Assembly (NCBI GenBank): GCA_965216785.1
Contig: OZ244197.1
Location: forward strand, 1,152,001-1,216,000
Direction: 5' to 3'
Origin: Thermodesulfobacteriota bacterium
GTDB taxonomy: Bacteria; Desulfobacterota_D; UBA1144; Nemesobacterales; UBA2774
DNA length: 64,000 nucleotides
This document shows, piece after piece, positions 59,639-64,000 of this stretch. A program made the position numbers and the translations under genes. A model generated the notes under the pieces. That model was not told where the DNA came from. It saw only the letters and a list, made by a program, of their open reading frames with translations, and ran no database searches. The first letter of the stretch is position 1. Each line of letters starts with the position of its first letter.

Positions 59639-60412
59639 ATGTATCCGACGCTTTTTAAGATAGGAAGTGTAACAATATCCTCTTGGGGTGTCATGGTAGC
59701 AATAGCATTTATAGTTGCTTACATGGTTTCTGAGTTTGAGTTTAACAGGAAAAGGATGGACAGGAATCTTTTACAACCCCTTTTTATCGCTAGTGTTGTA
59801 GGAGGATTGGTAGGAGCAAAAATCCTTTTTTTAATGGAGAATGTATCATTGTCAGAATTTCTTAATCAACCTACAGAATATCTAGCATCAGGGTTCACTT
59901 TCTTAGGTGGATTCCTGGGCGCGCTTTTACTGAGTTTACTTATAATATGGTGGGAAAAAGCTAGTTTCTGGCTTATTGCTGACGCAATAATACCCGCAAT
60001 AGCTATAGGATATGGAATAGGAAGGATAGGATGTTTTTTAGTTGGTGATGATTATGGAGTCCCTTCTAATCTACCCTTTGCGATGGCATTCCCTGACGGT
60101 GCGGTTCCGACAACTGTTAAAGTGCATCCCACTCAAATATACGAAACCATTATAATGGTAGGAGTTTTTCTATTACTCTGGAATCTCCGTAAAATACCCG
60201 CTCCTATTGGTTGGCTTGCTTCAGTGGGTTTCATATTTATGGGACTTGAGCGATTTTTAATTGAATTTATTAGGGTAACAACCCCTAGTTCTATCCCGGG
60301 ACTAACGGTAGCTCAGCTTATGTCTTTGGGAATTATTGTTATTGGAATTATCAAGATAATTCAACTGCAAAAATACGATTTAAAATACTTTAAAAGGAGG
60401 GGAGAATCATGA
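59639..60412 (+). CDS. lgt: Prolipoprotein diacylglyceryl transferase
   Basis: GRIGCF..GDDYG, HPTQIYE, ERFLIEF.R. Confidence 0.92.
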   Translation: MYPTLFKIGSVTISSWGVMVAIAFIVAYMVSEFEFNRKRMDRNLLQPLFIASVVGGLVGAKILFLMENVSLSEFLNQPTEYLASGFTFLGGFLGALLLSLLIIWWEKASFWLIADAIIPAIAIGYGIGRIGCFLVGDDYGVPSNLPFAMAFPDGAVPTTVKVHPTQIYETIIMVGVFLLLWNLRKIPAPIGWLASVGFIFMGLERFLIEFIRVTTPSSIPGLTVAQLMSLGIIVIGIIKIIQLQKYDLKYFKRRGES

Positions 60413-60648
60413 GAACGGATTGGTTTATGGATGGAGGTATGGGAATCTGGATGCTATTCAATATGGCTATCTGGATCATTGTGTTTGTAGGTATCGTTTT
60501 ACTGGTAGTATGGGCAGTCCGTAAAACAAGTGGGAATGGGCAAAAGAAGGTCGAAGAGACTGCTTTAGATATTTTAAAGAAACGATACGCCAGCGGGGAA
60601 ATTACAAAAGAGGAGTACGAAGAAAAGAAAAAGGATATTTCATTATAA
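60409..60648 (+). CDS. SHOCT-domain membrane protein
   Basis: ALDILKKRYASGEITKEEYEEKK. Confidence 0.88.
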   Translation: MRTDWFMDGGMGIWMLFNMAIWIIVFVGIVLLVVWAVRKTSGNGQKKVEETALDILKKRYASGEITKEEYEEKKKDISL

Positions 60649-60664
60649 ATAGGGGGTGTTGATT

Positions 60665-61324
60665 ATGGGTAGAATAAAATTTTTTATGATTATTCTTAGT
60701 CTGTTTTCAGTTTTTACCATTTGCATTTTCTTAGTGAATAAGCTCGGACATTCTCAAGAGCCGTGTTGCAGATGGGCTAATCAGGACAATATGGAGATGA
60801 TGCAGGATATGATGAGCGGACGACTGCCACCCGGAATCGAACCAGAAGATTTGCCTGAGCCTGATAGTAAAGGAGCTAAACTACTAGTCCGGTACTGTAC
60901 GCAGTGCCACAACCTACCCAGCCCATCAATGCATACTTCGCAAGAATGGCCAGAAGTCGCCCGGAGAATGTTCAACCGACTGTCATGGATGTCTGGTATG
61001 AAAGAAGAATGGATGGGCATGATGTGGATGAAAGCACCATCTGCAAATGAACAAAAAGACATTGTGGCTTATTTAAAGGCTCATTCTTTAAAGTCTATTA
61101 CACCTGATTTAGTTCCCTTACCTGAATCCCCAGGTGCAGAGTCTTTCAAAAATGCATGTTCTCAGTGTCATGCATTACCTGATCCCAAACTTCATACAGC
61201 CGAAGAGTGGCCTGCTGTAGTAGAAAGAATGCGGGTTAATATGAAGATCATGGACAAGCCAGTGATAACGGATCAAGAAAAAGAAAAGATAATTACCTAT
61301 CTGGAAAAGAATGCAAAACAGTAG
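60665..61324 (+). CDS. Diheme cytochrome c with an internal repeat
   Basis: CTQCHNLP.P.MHT..EWP and CSQCHALP.P.LHT..EWP. Confidence 0.92.
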   Translation: MGRIKFFMIILSLFSVFTICIFLVNKLGHSQEPCCRWANQDNMEMMQDMMSGRLPPGIEPEDLPEPDSKGAKLLVRYCTQCHNLPSPSMHTSQEWPEVARRMFNRLSWMSGMKEEWMGMMWMKAPSANEQKDIVAYLKAHSLKSITPDLVPLPESPGAESFKNACSQCHALPDPKLHTAEEWPAVVERMRVNMKIMDKPVITDQEKEKIITYLEKNAKQ

Positions 61325-61353
61325 AATGGTCAGAAAGCTTAACATTCTCTCTG

Positions 61354-61394
61354 ATTCCAACTTAAACCGAGCTTGAAAAAAGGGGAGCAGTACA
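61354..61394 (+). mobile_element. Orphan IS3-family-like right end, copy B
   Basis: 39/41 identical to 41841-41881. Ends in GGGGAGCAGTACA. Confidence 0.65.
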
Positions 61395-61578
61395 TCGTAC
61401 TTACATAGCTTATCATGATCAATTGTAATTCTTACTTACGACAAATGTCACAATCACTACTGGAATGCAACTCCTAATAACGGTTTACACATGCAGGTAT
61501 GGAATTAAAACGGTTGCTATTACAATCACTCGTGTACTTCTTTCTTCTTACTAAGCAGGTCTTATGCGTTTTAATATC

Positions 61579-61649
61579 TTCCGAATTTCTGTAAAGAACG
61601 GATATAGAATTCCGTTATTGTGTCTACAATGTAAGTGTGATTGGCTCTA
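61579..61649 (+). repeat. 71-bp direct repeat, copy 2 (candidate recombination site)
   Basis: ttccgaat-N8-agaacggatatagaattccgttattgtgtctacaatgtaagtgtgattggctcta, matching 12137-12207. Confidence 0.9.
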
Positions 61650-61678
61650 GGTTTAGTTGCCGAACATCTTACTTATTC

Positions 61679-61924
61679 TTACTCATCAAGCTTTTTATCA
61701 ATCTTAAATAAAAACCCTATAAGCCATAAAATCCCTAATATTGTCAGTAGTCCAGGAATACCTATAAATATTAACCACCCTATAGCAAAATCCCAATTTA
61801 CGTTCTTAAAAATATCAGAATTTCTCTCAAGGATATCCCATATATATAGAGCCAACCACACAAATACAAATAATGAGCCAATTATATAGCCAATTGTTTT
61901 CAAAAAGCTTTTTGTTTTCTTCAT
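61679..61924 (-). CDS. Small two-TM membrane protein
   Basis: Two hydrophobic helices, purine-rich RBS (AAGGGAAGG). Confidence 0.6.
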   Translation of the reverse strand: MKKTKSFLKTIGYIIGSLFVFVWLALYIWDILERNSDIFKNVNWDFAIGWLIFIGIPGLLTILGILWLIGFLFKIDKKLDE

Positions 61925-62097
61925 ATCGAAACCCTTCCCTTTTAGATATAAATAACTAGTACCAACTCTAGCGATTTAACATGTCAAATTAATTCACTGA
62001 AACAGCCTTTTTCATCTTCTATTCAAATTATCTATTTGCAAAGAATTAGTATTTTCACCTATTCAGGACAATTTTATAATGTATTCACTAGTCTATG

Positions 62098-62144
62098 GAT
62101 TTAGTCACAAAAAGTCAAGATCATATATTGCTTAGGACTAAATC
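62098..62144. promoter_or_regulatory. Inverted repeat upstream of the HTH gene (C-box-like)
   Basis: GATTTAGTC (62098-62106) and GACTAAATC (62136-62144), with extra AGTC half-sites. Confidence 0.5.
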
Positions 62145-62147
62145 AAA

Positions 62148-62399
62148 ATGGCTACTCGGATTAACAAAAAATTGGTCTCAGCATTTGCTCGGGCTTTGAA
62201 ATCAATTCGGAAGGAAAAAGAGCTAACACAAGAGCAAGTAGCTTATGCAGCAAAAGTACATCGTACTTACATAGCTTTTTTAGAAGGTGCGAGAAAACAA
62301 CCTAGCATAGATGCAGTATTTAAAATAGCAAAGGGACTTGATATTAGTCCTGGGGAATTAGTAGAAAGAGTAGATAGTTACTATTCAAAGAAGAGATAA
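62148..62399 (+). CDS. XRE-family HTH regulator (controller-protein-like)
   Basis: LK.IRKEKELTQEQVA...VHRTYIA.LE...KQPSI..VFKIA.GL. Confidence 0.9.
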   Translation: MATRINKKLVSAFARALKSIRKEKELTQEQVAYAAKVHRTYIAFLEGARKQPSIDAVFKIAKGLDISPGELVERVDSYYSKKR

Positions 62400-62770
62400 A
62401 TCAAACGTAACTATTCAACTGACATATTAGAAAAAAACATTAAAAGTGCACAATATAGTATACAAAGCACAGAATATTCTGGGCTAAATCTTAGCGTAAA
62501 CAGGCCTGTATTGTGACTTTATACAAAAGTAGGGGGTTTGTGCGTGTTTATAGTTAAAAACTGCTGTAAGTAGGTGATTTGAGGTTATGTAAGGTGAAGT
62601 TGAAAGAAATCAAGATATGGATGGTATTGAAATTGTAGTTTTTTATCTGATGGGGAGCAATATATTTAGATATATATCAGAAGTAGTGATAATATCTTAG
62701 AAGCAACATTTCTGTATATAATATAGACGCACGGTCATTCTAAATGAGAAAAAATTAAAGTAGTATGGAG

Positions 62771-62796
62771 ATGGTTGAACTTTACAGTTCAACCAT
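62771..62796. terminator. Perfect 10-bp hairpin between convergent genes
   Basis: ATGGTTGAAC-tttaca-GTTCAACCAT. Confidence 0.45.
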
Positions 62797-62964
62797 TTCA
62801 AAACTTATACAAAATCTTTTTTTTACTTATTGGACTATTCTTATATATATACTGACAATTTATAGTCGCAAGACTGAAATTATATAGATACAAGTTTGAA
62901 TAAATATACTAGCCACACTTAAATTTTATATGAGCCAATCTTAAAATTTATACTTTATTTGATC

Positions 62965-63777
62965 TCATATCCTTGGCTTTAGAAAGACTTTAAAAATACT
63001 CTTTTTTTCATCTATTCTCTCTATTAATCGGTGATTTTCTAATTGTTCTAATATGGGTTTCAGGTTAATCGGTTCTATGCCAATATTTCTGCATAGTTCA
63101 ACTAAAGTTTTATTGCACACATCCCATTTGCGATTTTTGTAATCATTAGAATGGATAAATTCATGTAACTCATATCCCTCATAAATGAAGTCCGGTTCAA
63201 TATCAAAATATAAATCAGATACAAAATATGCCTTCATTCTCATGGATATATACAATGCTTTAGCTCTGGGTTTGAGTTCTGCCCATACACCGCTTTCAAC
63301 AATGCATTTGTGAAAAATAAAATATGCTCCGCGTTTCATATTATTTTTTCGAATAAAGCTGACTTTATAACTATTAAAACTACGTTGTCCATCAGTATTT
63401 TTTTTCTTTTCCAAAAAGCGTTCTTTGCCTAAATATAGTTTTTCCAGATCCTTAATACCTTGAGAAACTGTGTTGGCAGATAAACCAGCCATTTTTGCTA
63501 TATTTTTCTGCGATATTTGAAACCAATTACTATCTTCATAATCTGATTGTAGACATAATACGGGGTATATTGCTAGGGAAGGTAAAGACATAAGGGATGA
63601 TTCATCAAACTTAGGGAAGCAAAAGAATCGATTCATATTGATATCATCGACTTCAGGAAATTCATATTCCTTTAACTTGTTGTATTTTTGGTTGAAAAGA
63701 TTTTTCTGATATTCTCGTTTCTCACGTAGTTGTTTTTGAATATCAGCTCCTATCTGTTCTTTAAAATTATATTTCAT
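62965..63777 (-). CDS. Tandem winged-HTH protein, possibly a replication initiator of the element
   Basis: ISQKNIAKMAGLSANTVSQGIKDL HTH, plus a second internally similar half (WAELKPRAKALY...LVELCRNIGI...LEQLENHRLI). Confidence 0.6.
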   Translation of the reverse strand: MKYNFKEQIGADIQKQLREKREYQKNLFNQKYNKLKEYEFPEVDDINMNRFFCFPKFDESSLMSLPSLAIYPVLCLQSDYEDSNWFQISQKNIAKMAGLSANTVSQGIKDLEKLYLGKERFLEKKKNTDGQRSFNSYKVSFIRKNNMKRGAYFIFHKCIVESGVWAELKPRAKALYISMRMKAYFVSDLYFDIEPDFIYEGYELHEFIHSNDYKNRKWDVCNKTLVELCRNIGIEPINLKPILEQLENHRLIERIDEKKSIFKVFLKPRI

Positions 63778-64000
63778 ATGCCTGTCCTCTATTTTACTTC
63801 CTGTCCAATTTTGATATCACTGGGGACATGCGGGACAGGTCGCCTCAGCAGCTTGTACAGAGCTACGTAGTCCCCAGTATTTTATAAACTAGATATCTTC
63901 ATCTAATACATTTTTATTCGACTATACTTTCTTGTTTCCTCTAAATTCAATTGCTGTATATATAACTTTTCAATTGTGTAGAAATCAAAAATTTGTGCAG

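Noticed and set aside
12477-61394. A single intact composite transposon bounded by the IS3-like ends
   Set aside because: There is no transposase and no matching target-site duplication, and the left motif begins TA rather than TG. It is kept only as relic ends.
61843-61859. Inverted 16/17 match to the 3' end of repeat copy 1 (GTGaTTGGCTCTATATA)
   Set aside because: It lies inside a coding sequence (VWLALY), is partly low-complexity, and lacks the dyad core. Probably chance.
1-64000. CRISPR array, tRNA or rRNA genes
   Set aside because: I saw no regularly spaced repeat-spacer series and no tRNA or rRNA signatures by eye.

Overview
An accessory, mobile-element-derived window with no rRNA, tRNA or CRISPR array. 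(1) 1-11.4 kb is a defence-type island. It holds the 5' part of a serine recombinase, two stacked IS3-family right-end relics and a TM0106 RecB-like nuclease. It also holds a KTSC-like/DUF3892 pair divergent from an ECF-sigma-like gene, a 149-aa gene and an ImmA/IrrE metallopeptidase, followed by a TIR protein, a dif-like site and a single-chain type IIG-like restriction-modification enzyme. (2) At 11.4-12.2 kb is a short, catalytic-domain-only tyrosine recombinase. Its upstream region carries a 71-bp site that recurs as a direct repeat 49.4 kb away (61579-61649). (3) Between the two copies lies a large metal-homeostasis cargo: cusCBA, a sigma54 two-component regulon with four -24/-12 promoters, and a porin-cytochrome/ackA-xfp/copB operon. 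It also includes an RcnR-family repressor with an atypical P1B ATPase, a mer cluster lacking merA, czcCBA, another P1B ATPase, lgt and cytochromes c. (4) 61.7-64 kb looks like element backbone: an XRE/controller-like HTH gene and a putative replication-type HTH gene with a structured leader. The best candidates for undescribed systems are the short tyrosine recombinase with its repeated site bracketing the cargo, and the sigma/partner/IrrE-peptidase regulatory module in the defence island. All calls come from reading motifs by eye; no searches were run.
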